DNA from: Thermoleophilia bacterium
Lineage (GTDB): Bacteria; Actinomycetota; Thermoleophilia; BMS3ABIN01
Length of the DNA: 64,000 nt
Assembly (NCBI GenBank): GCA_014859345.1
Contig: JACUUL010000001.1
Location: 2,720 to 66,719, forward strand
Reading direction: 5' to 3'
The translations under genes and the position numbers were made by a program. Below the pieces are notes generated by a model. The model ran no database searches. It had not been told where the DNA came from and worked only from the letters and a program-made list of their open reading frames with translations. The stretch's first letter is position 1, and every line of letters begins with the position of its first letter. Of this stretch, positions 8,740 through 18,350 are shown piece by piece.

Positions 8740-10851
8740 ATGGCAGAGATTAAAATCAAGGAGATTCGCGCCCGCAATGGCCGCCTCCTGGCCTTTGACG
8801 CCGGGCGGATCGAGCGAGCGATCGCCAGGGCCGTGGCGGCAGCGGGTGAGAGTGATGGCGAGGTATCGCGAGAGCTGGCCCAGCAGGTTATTGACCGGCT
8901 CGATCAGAAATATGCCGGCGGGACCCCCACTGTCGAGGAGATACAGGACATGGTGGAAACCGTGCTGATGGAGACGGGTCACGCCGAGACAGCCCGTGCC
9001 TACATCACCTACCGCCGGCGCCATGCCGACCTCCGGGCCGCCAAGCGCTTTCTGGGCGTAAAGGATGACCTGAAGCTGCCGATCAACTCGCTGACCGTCC
9101 TGAAAAAGAGATATCTCGTCAAGGACGAAAAGGGCGAGGTGGTAGAGACGCCGCGGGAGATGTTCAATCGGGTGGCCGGCCACATCGCGGCGCCAGACGC
9201 CGCCTACGGCGACGATGCGGCCGCCTCGGAAGAGGCCTTTTTCCGGATCATGGCCAGCCGCGAATTCCTGCCCAACTCCCCCACCCTGATGAACGCCGGC
9301 ACGGAGCTGGGGCTGCTCTCGGCCTGTTTTGTCCTGCCGGTGCCAGACTCGATCCCCGGCATCTTCGATTCCATAAAATACATGGCCATAATCCACCAGG
9401 CCGGCGGCGGCACAGGGTTTTCCTTCTCCAACCTGAGGCCCAAGGGAGACATCGTGGGCACCACTCACGGCATCGCCTCCGGGCCCGTCAGTTTCATGAG
9501 CGCCTTTGACGGGGCCACCGAGGTCATAAAACAGGGCGGGCGGCGCCGGGGGGCAAATATGGGCGTGCTGAGAGCGGACCACCCCGACATCCTTGAGTTC
9601 ATCACGGCCAAGCAGCGGGAGGACTTCCTGGTGAATTTCAATGTTTCGGTGGCAGCCACGGACGCCTTCATGCGGGCGGTCCGCGATGACGGCGAGTTCG
9701 ACCTGATTAACCCGCGCAACGGCGAAGTCACCGGCAGTTTAAAGGCGCGCCCGGTGATGGAGGCCATTTCCTCGGCTGCCTGGCGCACCGGAGACCCGGG
9801 AATGATCTTCCTGGACCGCATCAACGAGGCGAATCCCACTCCACAACTGGGCCCCATGGAGACGACCAATCCCTGTGGCGAACAGCCGCTGCTGCCCTAT
9901 GAGTCCTGCAACCTTGGGTCGATCGACCTGGCCAGGCTGGTCAAAAACAGCAGCATGGACTGGAAGCGGCTGGGCGGGCTTATCGACATCTCGGTTCATT
10001 TTCTGGATAACGTCATCGACGCCAACCGCTTTCCCCTTGCCGAGATCACCGAGATGACCAACGGCAACCGCAAGATCGGCCTGGGAGTCATGGGCTTTGC
10101 CGAAGCGCTGATCAAGTTGGGCATCCGCTATGACTCCGAGGAGGGGCTGGCAACCGGCGAGAAGATCATGAAATTCATCTCTGAGAGAAGCATCGCCAAA
10201 TCGCGGGAGATCGCCCGCCGGCGCGGCTCCTTCCCGAACTTCGAGGGCAGCCTGTGGCAGCAGCGGGGCCTGAGCGAGATGCGCAATTCCACAGTGACCA
10301 CCGTGGCGCCGACCGGCACGATCAGCGTCATCGCCGGCACCAGCAGCGGCATCGAGCCGCTTTTCGCGATCTCTTTCGTGCGGGATGTGATGGAGGGCAC
10401 CCGACTGCTGGAGGTCAATCCGGAGTTCAAGCGGGTGGCCATCGAACGCGGCTTCTACAGCGACGATCTGATGATGCGAATCGCCAAAACCGGCAGCGTC
10501 CAGGATGTGGAGCAAATCCCTGAGGATGTCAGGAACCTCTTCCGGACCGCTCATGACATCATGCCGGAATGGCATGTGCGCATGCAGGCGGCCTTCCAGA
10601 AGCATGTGGACAATGCAGTTTCCAAGACGATAAACCTGCCCCGGGAAGCCGGAATCGACGAGGTCCGCAAGGCGTACCTGCTTGCCTACGACCTGGGCTG
10701 CAAGGGGATCACGGTCTTCCGTTACGGCAGCAAGAAACAGCAGGTTCTGTACCTGACCGGGGACATCATGGGAAACGGCGCCGAAGCCGAGCATCTGCGC
10801 GCCGCCCCGGAGTTTGCCGGAGGATGCCCCACCATCGACTGCGAGTTTTAG
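8740..10851 (+). CDS. nrdJ: Ribonucleoside-diphosphate reductase, adenosylcobalamin-dependent (class II)
   Basis: 703 aa. N-terminal ATP-cone, catalytic NPCGEQPLLPYESCNLGSIDL block, C-terminal Cys pair (CPTIDCEF). No nrdB/nrdG partner nearby. Sits in a genome segment rich in B12 biosynthesis genes. Confidence 0.75.
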   Translation: MAEIKIKEIRARNGRLLAFDAGRIERAIARAVAAAGESDGEVSRELAQQVIDRLDQKYAGGTPTVEEIQDMVETVLMETGHAETARAYITYRRRHADLRAAKRFLGVKDDLKLPINSLTVLKKRYLVKDEKGEVVETPREMFNRVAGHIAAPDAAYGDDAAASEEAFFRIMASREFLPNSPTLMNAGTELGLLSACFVLPVPDSIPGIFDSIKYMAIIHQAGGGTGFSFSNLRPKGDIVGTTHGIASGPVSFMSAFDGATEVIKQGGRRRGANMGVLRADHPDILEFITAKQREDFLVNFNVSVAATDAFMRAVRDDGEFDLINPRNGEVTGSLKARPVMEAISSAAWRTGDPGMIFLDRINEANPTPQLGPMETTNPCGEQPLLPYESCNLGSIDLARLVKNSSMDWKRLGGLIDISVHFLDNVIDANRFPLAEITEMTNGNRKIGLGVMGFAEALIKLGIRYDSEEGLATGEKIMKFISERSIAKSREIARRRGSFPNFEGSLWQQRGLSEMRNSTVTTVAPTGTISVIAGTSSGIEPLFAISFVRDVMEGTRLLEVNPEFKRVAIERGFYSDDLMMRIAKTGSVQDVEQIPEDVRNLFRTAHDIMPEWHVRMQAAFQKHVDNAVSKTINLPREAGIDEVRKAYLLAYDLGCKGITVFRYGSKKQQVLYLTGDIMGNGAEAEHLRAAPEFAGGCPTIDCEF

Positions 10852-11268
10852 GAAATCTATCCCTAAAATCCGCTCCTCAATGCCGGGTCTGGATGATTTT
10901 AAGGGTAATGCCCTCTCCTTTGTTCTTCCCCCCGTCAATGTTAAAAGCTCTGCCCCTGCGTGAAAATTTCCTCAATTTGCAGGCATATCATCGCTCCTGG
11001 AATCGTCACGTACTCTTTAAATACGACCACTTTGGTCAAAAAAGTTATAGCAATAATAAAAATAGGGGTTTTCCCCGATAGCCAGGCGCCCGCGCCCGCG
11101 ATATGCTCTCAGCACGTAGTTTTAGTCCTACCTTTTTAGGAGCGAGGCACCTGACCGCGCCCGGCGACGGACAATTTTCTCGAAGCGCCGGGTTGGGGAG
11201 GCTTTGAGGACAAGGGGCTGGCGGATAACGACGGCTGTTTGGTTCGATAAATCGATTCCAGCAAGGAG

Positions 11269-11754
11269 GTGACGAAAATGCAGCTTACCAGGCAAGCGGA
11301 TTATGCGATCAGGGCGCTTCTTAAATTATCAGAAGTTGAGTATGGCAGCGTTATCCAGACCAAGGAAATCGCTTCTTGTGAAGCGATTCCGGAGAAATAT
11401 CTGCCGACCATCATGCGCACCCTGGCTCGCGCCGGCCTTGTAAGGACCCTGAGGGGCAATCAGGGCGGCGTTCTGCTGGCCCGCCAGCCGTCCGAGATAA
11501 ACCTGCGGGAAGTCATAGAGGCAATCGAGGAGCCGATTGTACTCAATCGCTGTCTTCGTGATAGAGGCGAGTGCTCACGTGAGGAGTTTTGCCCCGTTCA
11601 CCCCGTCTGGGACCGCATACAGAAATCACTCGTGGAGCGGCTTGAATCCACTACGTTTGCCGATCTGGCAACGGAGAGAATATCTGCGGCGGCCGGGTCT
11701 TCCAAGGGATGGCAATACGATGAAGATCCGAGACGGGAAAAAGTTCCCGCTTAG
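11269..11754 (+). CDS. Rrf2-family transcriptional regulator (IscR/NsrR-like, 3-Cys cluster-ligand motif)
   Basis: MQLTRQADYAIRALLKLSE (Rrf2 winged-helix N-terminus) and CLRDRGECSREEFCPV (C-x6-C-x5-C). Confidence 0.8.
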   Translation: MTKMQLTRQADYAIRALLKLSEVEYGSVIQTKEIASCEAIPEKYLPTIMRTLARAGLVRTLRGNQGGVLLARQPSEINLREVIEAIEEPIVLNRCLRDRGECSREEFCPVHPVWDRIQKSLVERLESTTFADLATERISAAAGSSKGWQYDEDPRREKVPA

Positions 11755-12036
11755 GATTCCGAAGCAGGATGGGAGTGACTGGGCCTCCAGGAGGGCACTC
11801 ATCGACGGATAGCTGATGTGGCAGCGAAACAGCGGAGCCGGGTTTGGAGAGGACACGAAGCCAAGACACGCGCGCAAGACCCGGATAAAAAACTTCATAA
11901 GGGAATTTTCTCCCTATTTCTCAGGCAGGCGACAAGCCTGCCTGATGACTTTGCGAAGCCCTTTGGTGTCCTTCCGTTTCAACAGCACGCCCTTTTTCAG
12001 CTTTAAAGCGCCGCCTGTTTAGGTTAATATTTTCCC

Positions 12037-12345
12037 GTGAAAGGTCGATCGCCCAGACCGGTAAAGGATTACTACCGCATCCTGCAGGTACACCCCGAAG
12101 CTTCTCCGGAGGTTATTGATCGCGCCTACAAGGCTCTGGCCCGCAAGTACCATCCGGATTCGTGGCCCGCAGAGAAGCAGAACTGGGCGAACATGAAGAT
12201 GCAGGAAATCAACGAAGCCCGGGCCGTACTCGGCAATCCCGCGCGCCGGGCAGAGTATGCCCGTTACCGGCGAACCGAATTCTGGCGGATTTTCTGGCGG
12301 GAAGGGCTTTCCGGCTTATCACGAAAGTGGGCCGGGAAGGGGTAA
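12037..12345 (+). CDS. J-domain (DnaJ-like) small protein
   Basis: DYYRILQVHPEASPEVIDRAYKALARKYHPD is a J-domain signature with HPD. 102 aa, GTG start. Confidence 0.5.
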   Translation: MKGRSPRPVKDYYRILQVHPEASPEVIDRAYKALARKYHPDSWPAEKQNWANMKMQEINEARAVLGNPARRAEYARYRRTEFWRIFWREGLSGLSRKWAGKG

Positions 12346-12377
12346 AAGCTTCCCCCATTCTGGTTTGACCGCGGGTA

Positions 12378-12848
12378 TTATTCGGATGGCATAGGAGTGT
12401 CGGTTGGCTTGCCGCGCCCCTCGTATGCTTCATCTATCCGGTCCCGTATCTCTCTGAGCGAGAGATCCTCCTTCATCCACTCGCCGATGTCGATCGCCTC
12501 CTCAAGGCATATGGCGCAGCCGGCGGCATGCTCATCAAAATCACCGGTTTTCCTGTCGATGAAGCAGTCCTTGAGGTTCTGGTATTTCTCGGGGTTCTGT
12601 TCGCATCCGCAATAACAAGGAACCGCCTCCAGCGCCTCCGGATAGGTCGCTGCGATCCGGTAGCCCTTCAGAGAGTCTTCGGAGCGGTATACGAACTGCG
12701 GGAAATCGACATCCGCTGCCAGCGTCTCATCGCTCCCCCCGCCGCAGCCGGCCAGCGCCATCGTAGCCATGAGAAGAACCAGGGCGCCGGCGCCCAGCAT
12801 TACTGGTATTCTGTTTTTTATTGACAATATCTTCATTTTTTCAATCAA
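12378..12848 (-). CDS. Lipoprotein with PCYCGC-motif domain
   Basis: Signal peptide plus lipobox (LAGCGG), then VPCYCGCEQNPEKY, which matches the PCYCGC-motif domain family. Additional CxxC (CAIC). Confidence 0.55.
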   Translation of the reverse strand: MIEKMKILSIKNRIPVMLGAGALVLLMATMALAGCGGGSDETLAADVDFPQFVYRSEDSLKGYRIAATYPEALEAVPCYCGCEQNPEKYQNLKDCFIDRKTGDFDEHAAGCAICLEEAIDIGEWMKEDLSLREIRDRIDEAYEGRGKPTDTPMPSE

Positions 12849-12880
12849 ATCATTAATCTGGAAGTTGTAATAGCGTCAGC

Positions 12881-14248
12881 CTAGCATGCTCCGCTCATGG
12901 GAATCAGGAACAGATAGCCAAATCCGGCCGCGGCCGCCAGCACCATGAAACGCCGCGAGGCGATGCCGCCGCGGCTGCTTTCTCCCCCAAGGCCGGATCT
13001 GGTCAGCCTCCATGAGAGATACAGTCCGATCCCCAGGATCACGAACTGAACAGACTTAAGCGGAATGCTGGTGAAATAAACGTTGTCCGGCGGCATGTGC
13101 CCGTCCCAGCCAAAGAGCCGGGACTCGGCCATCACGGTTTCCAGCGAAGGCCAGAGGCCGTACCTGAGATGCTGCAGCGCCAGGGCCAGGAAAACGCCCA
13201 GGGATAATGGCAGATACGAGAAAGCCATTCCGGCGAAGGCCCTTGAATCCCGCGATTGCCGCCAGACCAGCCACGAGCCAAGCAGCTGCACAGCCAGAAC
13301 CGCGCCCACCAGCGCCGAGACGCCGCCAATCACGGAGAGCCGGTAGTTATAGTCGAAGTACGGGAGAGCGAACTGTTGATAGCGGGCAAAAAGCGGGGTC
13401 ATGCGCACCGAGTCCGCGGCCATCAGTCCCAGCAGCAGCAGTGAAAGAAACGCCTCCGGCCGCCCGAACTCCCGGACGCCGGGAAGCCGGCCGCCGCTGA
13501 CGCCAAACGTGGTCCTGATTCCGGAAACGTCCGGCAGGGTGCAGGCGCCGCACATCTGGCACTGGCTGGGCTGCCTCAGGCTCTGGGGCGACTGGCCGGC
13601 CGGACAGGAAACGGCCTTATACCTGACTCCTCCGCCCACGGGCTGAAGCCAGGAGAAAAACGAATACACCCGGGTTATCATTCCCACCGGGCACAGGTAA
13701 CGGCAAAAGGTTCTGCCCTTGTAGAGGACAGTCATGCCGAAGGCCAACAGGATCATGGCGATCAGAATGACGCCGGTGGCGCCGGGATTCTCCTCCAGGC
13801 CGAGAGCCAAAAAGGCCAGGCCAAAGAAGAAAACCGATAACGCTCCCATCCACGGTCCCCAGCTCCTGAGCAGGGAGGGAGCCGCAGACTTGCTACCCAG
13901 ACGGGCAGCAAAATCGGCAGCCGCCCCGAACGGACATATGCCGCACCAGATCCTGCCTCCAAGGAGCAGGATGAACGGCAGGCCAGGCCACCAGAGCTTC
14001 CAGACCACCTCGGTTGCCAGATTCCCTTCCGCCCGCCGCACCGGGTTAAAGGCAAAATATATGAGGACGACCAGTCCCGCGAAAAACAGCAGGTGGAAGG
14101 TGCCCGGATACCACCGCCAGTAAAGCAGCCGGTCCATCCCCGCCCGCGCGGGCCGCGTTGCGGCGGACTTCAATGTTCCCACCGCCGCGCCTTCTGCAGA
14201 TTGTTTCATTATTCCAGGTAGTTCACCCGGATAGCCACCTTGTTCCAA
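12881..14248 (-). CDS. Membrane polyferredoxin-like 4Fe-4S binding protein (NapH/MauN/FixG-like)
   Basis: 455 aa, multiple TM helices. CGICPFG, CRYLCPVG and CQMCGACT motifs are typical of membrane-bound CxxCP polyferredoxins. Confidence 0.5.
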   Translation of the reverse strand: MEQGGYPGELPGIMKQSAEGAAVGTLKSAATRPARAGMDRLLYWRWYPGTFHLLFFAGLVVLIYFAFNPVRRAEGNLATEVVWKLWWPGLPFILLLGGRIWCGICPFGAAADFAARLGSKSAAPSLLRSWGPWMGALSVFFFGLAFLALGLEENPGATGVILIAMILLAFGMTVLYKGRTFCRYLCPVGMITRVYSFFSWLQPVGGGVRYKAVSCPAGQSPQSLRQPSQCQMCGACTLPDVSGIRTTFGVSGGRLPGVREFGRPEAFLSLLLLGLMAADSVRMTPLFARYQQFALPYFDYNYRLSVIGGVSALVGAVLAVQLLGSWLVWRQSRDSRAFAGMAFSYLPLSLGVFLALALQHLRYGLWPSLETVMAESRLFGWDGHMPPDNVYFTSIPLKSVQFVILGIGLYLSWRLTRSGLGGESSRGGIASRRFMVLAAAAGFGYLFLIPMSGAC

Positions 14249-14388
14249 GATGGAGCGGGATCATTTGAGTTGACTATTACCTCGAACAGGTGGGGGCCAC
14301 CCATCCCTCTTCCCATGTGCGATGACACGGTCAGATCCGCTGTCTCGCCCGGCTCTATTGCCGTGGAACTCACGGCCGCCATGGCGTC

Positions 14389-14679
14389 TCAGCAGCCCTC
14401 CAGCCGCTTGACCTCCAGTTCTCCCAGGTGAAGCGGCCCGGTGCCAGTATTTTTCAGCTCAAAATCATGCTCGACCAGTTCCCCCACCGGCACTTCGCCG
14501 AAATCGTACATGGTTTCACTTATCTCAAGCCTGCCACCTGTATCGGCGGTGATTACCGCCGTGCTGGCTTCCTCCTCCCCGCAACCGGCAAGCAGCACCA
14601 TCAGCGCCAGGGCAGAGCCCAGCGCCGCCAGGATCGCGGCTCCCTGCCGTTTGCCGCGAAAATTCACGATAAAGCCCAT
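14389..14679 (-). CDS. DUF1573-domain lipoprotein
   Basis: Signal/lipobox (LLAGCGEE) and MYDFGEVPVGELVEHDFELKNTGTGPLHL, a typical DUF1573 signature. Confidence 0.5.
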   Translation of the reverse strand: MGFIVNFRGKRQGAAILAALGSALALMVLLAGCGEEEASTAVITADTGGRLEISETMYDFGEVPVGELVEHDFELKNTGTGPLHLGELEVKRLEGC

Positions 14680-14822
14680 CAGCAGCTCCTTTTTACGAGG
14701 CGAGCCCGGCGGGCAGCCGGTGTAAATCGCTCGGCTGAAACTAATAAAAGTAGTACTTCTACATCATAGCCGCATTTTAAAGCCTTTTGCATGGTTATCC
14801 CAGTTAAGAATTCTTAAAAAGC

Positions 14823-14844
14823 GATTCTGAAATGATTCTGAAAT
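14823..14844. repeat. Tandem direct repeat GATTCTGAAAT x2 in an AT-rich divergent intergenic region
   Basis: Seen directly at 14823-14833 and 14834-14844, between the DUF1573 operon (minus) and the sensor gene (plus). Confidence 0.4.
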
Positions 14845-14927
14845 ATTAGACGTGATTTTATCCGAAAAGGCGCAGCCCGGCCCGGCCCAAATGCAAGTTA
14901 TTCCATTCTTTTGCTTGAAAGCGGGAA

Positions 14928-15653
14928 TTGGTCTATAAATCAGAAACCGGTTTTGTTAGAGCTTTTTCTAGCTCTGTCGCCTATAATTCAGATTCGGGCC
15001 GCGCCGCCGGGAAGATGGTCTCTTTCAGCCAGGGAAGTATTGCTGTTGTGATGATTTTTTCCAAAAATTTTCCCAACCGGCATGTGATCATGATGATGGT
15101 CGTCATCATTCAGCTGGGCGTAATCGGTTTGCTCGACATGCTGTTTTTAGTTGAGCTTCCCCTGATGTATGTTTTGTGGCTGGTCCCGATATTTTTCGCT
15201 TTGTTCTTTTTGAGTACGGCCGAAGTTGTGGCGGTAGCGCTGGCCGCCTCCATGATCTGTCTGACCGCGCAAGCGGCCGCCGCGGAAAGGCTGTCTCTGA
15301 TTAATTGCCTTGCCATCGCCTTGTTCGGCATTGCCGCCGCTATTGCAGCGATTCCGGTGCGCCGGTATATCCAAACCGTCAACATGACCCGCAGCGCGCT
15401 GGAAAAATCCCCGCTTGCTCATGCAAAGTTCACGTTTCCCGGATATTCCATCATTGATTGCAACAGCGCCTTCGAAAAGCTGTCAAGCACGATGACCGGC
15501 CCGGGTCCGAAAAAATCGCTTTTTGACGCTTTCCCCCGGGAATCGGCCAATCAGATGGCCGAGCTCATGGATGAAGTCATCGCATCTCACACAGAGACCG
15601 AATGCAAGGAGCTCCGCTTTCCATCTCCCGGTGGCGGCTTTTATTTTTGGTGA
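14928..15653 (+). CDS. Sensor protein N-terminal part: membrane segments plus first half of a PAS domain (interrupted by in-frame TGA at 15651-15653)
   Basis: Hydrophobic TM block, then PAS-like FPGYSIIDCNSAFEKL...ECKELRFPSPGGGFYFW ending at a TGA. Same frame as the next ORF. Confidence 0.35.
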   Translation: MVYKSETGFVRAFSSSVAYNSDSGRAAGKMVSFSQGSIAVVMIFSKNFPNRHVIMMMVVIIQLGVIGLLDMLFLVELPLMYVLWLVPIFFALFFLSTAEVVAVALAASMICLTAQAAAAERLSLINCLAIALFGIAAAIAAIPVRRYIQTVNMTRSALEKSPLAHAKFTFPGYSIIDCNSAFEKLSSTMTGPGPKKSLFDAFPRESANQMAELMDEVIASHTETECKELRFPSPGGGFYFW

Positions 15654-17324
15654 GTGAGCTTTGTCCCACTTTCCCCGTCGGGGAGAGTGACCCCCCGGAG
15701 TGTGAGCATGTTCGCCTATGAGGTCACGGAGTCGATCACCCGGTCCCGGACGCAGGAAGCCGCCCTCAGGGTCAGCGTGTCGGCAATGTCCAGCCTCGAT
15801 TTCGACGAGACAATCATGGTGGTTATGGATGGATTGACTTCTATCACTGGAGTTGATACCGCGGCGCTGTTTCTGGTCGAGGACGATCAGTGGGTAGGAA
15901 AGGCCGGCCATGGGGAAATCTCCACCGGGCTGGTCCAGAAACTTCGATTCCCTTATGAAGCGATAGCCCCGGCCCGCGAAAGCGTTGAAAGAAAAGAAGT
16001 GATCACAATCGATGACGCGGGCAGTGACGGAGGACTCGACGCGGAATATGCAAGAAAACTGAAAGTCAGATCCGCCATGGTAGTGCCGCTGGTCAGCGGC
16101 AGCCGCGCCATAGGCGCCGTTGTTTTGTACCCCACTGGCGAAAAGCGGCTTTTTGATGAAGATCAGATCAAGTTCGCCACGATCATCGGCTCCCATGCCG
16201 CCCTGGCCATAGAAAATTCAATAATCTACCAGAACGAGCTTGCCATCAGAAAGTCCCTGGAAGCCATCGAGTTGGTGTCCGAGGCCGGACTGGTGTCTCT
16301 GGATCTCGAGGAGGTTCTGTTCGAGCTGGTAAACCGGACCCAGGACGTCATGCAGATGGATGCTGCCATGTTCCTGCTCTACGATGCCCGGGAAAATTGC
16401 CTGGTCGGGCGCGCCGCGACCGGCGCCTCGGACAAGGTTCCCATCTCGCAGATAAAGCTCGCGCCGGGAGAAGGGATAGCCGGCCGGGCGTTTCAGGAAG
16501 GCGCTCCCATGAAAATCGACGACATCCGCGGCCACGAGAGCGAGATGTGTGCCGAGATGTGCCCTCTGGCTGATTGCCACACCGGCGACTGTCCGTTCTC
16601 CGAACAGCACGGGATAGTCTCCGTGCTGGCGGTGCCGCTCAGGGTGACAGGCAGGCTGATCGGCGTGCTGCAGATCGGCAGCCGCCGCCAGGCCGCCTTC
16701 TCGGCCAGGGAGTGGGGACTTATCCAGGTGCTCGCCGACCGTGCCTCGCTAGCCGTGCAGAACTCGATGCTACACGAGGAAACCGCGCGGGAGCTGGCCC
16801 GGGTGAAGCTGCTCCGCGAGCTGGCCGATGCCTGCGCCGGCTCGCAGCACAAAGATGCCATCGCCGAGCGGGCCCTGCAGGCGGTTTACGAACGCATGGA
16901 CTGCTCCATCGCCAGCATCTACTGGCTTGACCCGGAAAGGGATGAGCTGGTCAACCTGGCTTTCAGAGGCCACCCGCCCGGCGTGGCGGAGAATCTCAGG
17001 ATTATCGGCCTGGATCGCAGCGAGTTGCTGCTCATACGCGCGGTTAACGAGCGACGCATCATCACTCATGAAGATTTCAACGTTGATAACGCCAGCGAAC
17101 AGGAGGCCGGGATCCTTCGGCAGATGGACATCGGCTACAGCCGCTGCGCCAGAGTTCCCATCGTTTACCAGAATGAGCCGGTGGGAGCCATGGCGGTAGT
17201 CTTCAGGGACAGCCGGGCCTTCACTTCTGGAGAACTGGAAACACTAAAGAGCATCTCGCATCTGCTGGCGGTGGCGTTCAAGAACTCCTCCGTGGACCGG
17301 GAAAGTCCTCTGCTGGAAAGCTGA
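15654..17324 (+). CDS. Multi-GAF domain sensor protein (continuation of a PAS domain, then about 3 GAF domains, no recognisable output domain)
   Basis: Starts immediately after the TGA in the same frame. VSFVPLSPSGRV...SMFAYEVTESITRSRTQEAAL reads as the C-terminal half of a PAS fold. Repeated GAF-like blocks follow. Confidence 0.55.
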   Translation: MSFVPLSPSGRVTPRSVSMFAYEVTESITRSRTQEAALRVSVSAMSSLDFDETIMVVMDGLTSITGVDTAALFLVEDDQWVGKAGHGEISTGLVQKLRFPYEAIAPARESVERKEVITIDDAGSDGGLDAEYARKLKVRSAMVVPLVSGSRAIGAVVLYPTGEKRLFDEDQIKFATIIGSHAALAIENSIIYQNELAIRKSLEAIELVSEAGLVSLDLEEVLFELVNRTQDVMQMDAAMFLLYDARENCLVGRAATGASDKVPISQIKLAPGEGIAGRAFQEGAPMKIDDIRGHESEMCAEMCPLADCHTGDCPFSEQHGIVSVLAVPLRVTGRLIGVLQIGSRRQAAFSAREWGLIQVLADRASLAVQNSMLHEETARELARVKLLRELADACAGSQHKDAIAERALQAVYERMDCSIASIYWLDPERDELVNLAFRGHPPGVAENLRIIGLDRSELLLIRAVNERRIITHEDFNVDNASEQEAGILRQMDIGYSRCARVPIVYQNEPVGAMAVVFRDSRAFTSGELETLKSISHLLAVAFKNSSVDRESPLLES

Positions 17325-17402
17325 CCTTGGTGTTTGACTGACCGGCCTTTCCCCCTCAGGGCCAGGATTCTGCCGCTCCGGGCAACCTGCTAGTATATCT
17401 TT

Positions 17403-18350
17403 ATGACTGTCCGCATAGGCCACCTGTCCACCTTCTACCATACCTCCATCCTGTTGATGGCCGACAAAACGACTGCGGAGAGGCTCGGTGCCGAAACCGA
17501 GTGGATCCTCATGGGGACGGGGCCGGATCTGGTCGGGGCCATCGGCAGGGGAGAGCTGGAAATCGCCTATATCGGCCTGCCGCCGGCGCTGGTAGGCATA
17601 TCCGGTGGCGTTCCCATCGTATGTGTGGCCGGCGGGCATGAGGAAGGAACCGTTGCCATTGGCAGGGTGGAAGACTCCGGTTATCCCGAGCATAGGGATC
17701 TGGGGGCGGTGCTCGGCCAGTATGAAGGTGAAAGGATAGGCGTGCCCGGCAAGGGGTCGATACATGACGTGATCCTGGCCGATGCCCTGGCACGGCACGG
17801 CCTGACCGGAAAAATAGACATAGTCAATTTCAGGTGGGCGGACATGGTTACGGAAGCCCTGGCAGAAGGAAATGTACGGGCCGCCTTCGGGACTCCCGCC
17901 CTGGCCGTATCCGCCCGCCGGTATGCAAGGTGCAAGATCATATGGCCGCCAAACCTTTTGTGGCCGGAGAATCCCAGCTACGGAATCCTGGCCCGTAAGG
18001 AATTTGTCGAGGCCGCCCCGGAGCTGCTTAAAAGCTTTCTTCTCCTTCACGAAGAGGCCACGAAAAGAATAAGGGAAGTTCCCGGCGAGGCCGCCTCCAC
18101 GATAGCCAAGTTCGTATCAGTCGTGGAAAGCGATTTCGTCCTTGAGGCGATTTCAGTATCTCCCAGATATTGCGCCGCACTCACGCCCGGGTTTATCGAT
18201 TGCACCATGAGGTTCGCCGGAGCGATGAAGTCGCTGGGATACATTGAGCGGATACCGGGAATGGAGGAGGTATTCGATTCCTCATTCATAAATGAAGTTC
18301 ACGGTCCGGGAGAGCATTATTCAAAGGGAATCAACAAAGGAGGTCTTTGA
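17403..18350 (+). CDS. NMT1/THI5-like (SsuA/TauA-type) substrate-binding fold protein, no signal peptide
   Basis: 315 aa periplasmic-binding-protein type II fold pattern. No N-terminal signal, so probably cytoplasmic. Family assignment tentative. Confidence 0.35.
   Translation: MTVRIGHLSTFYHTSILLMADKTTAERLGAETEWILMGTGPDLVGAIGRGELEIAYIGLPPALVGISGGVPIVCVAGGHEEGTVAIGRVEDSGYPEHRDLGAVLGQYEGERIGVPGKGSIHDVILADALARHGLTGKIDIVNFRWADMVTEALAEGNVRAAFGTPALAVSARRYARCKIIWPPNLLWPENPSYGILARKEFVEAAPELLKSFLLLHEEATKRIREVPGEAASTIAKFVSVVESDFVLEAISVSPRYCAALTPGFIDCTMRFAGAMKSLGYIERIPGMEEVFDSSFINEVHGPGEHYSKGINKGGL

Noticed and set aside
8662-10938. Long minus-strand ORFs (306 aa and 399 aa) inside nrdJ
   Set aside because: They are antisense to a well-supported NrdJ reading frame. 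They are Arg/Gly/Ala/Pro-rich low-complexity translations typical of shadow ORFs in high-GC DNA and carry no recognisable domain.
15651-15653. Selenocysteine or UGA recoding at the in-frame TGA of the sensor gene
   Set aside because: Other genes in the window terminate at TGA (for example the HdrD-like gene and cbiXC). No obvious SECIS-like hairpin follows. A nonsense mutation or sequencing error is more parsimonious. Kept only as a low-probability alternative in the finding.
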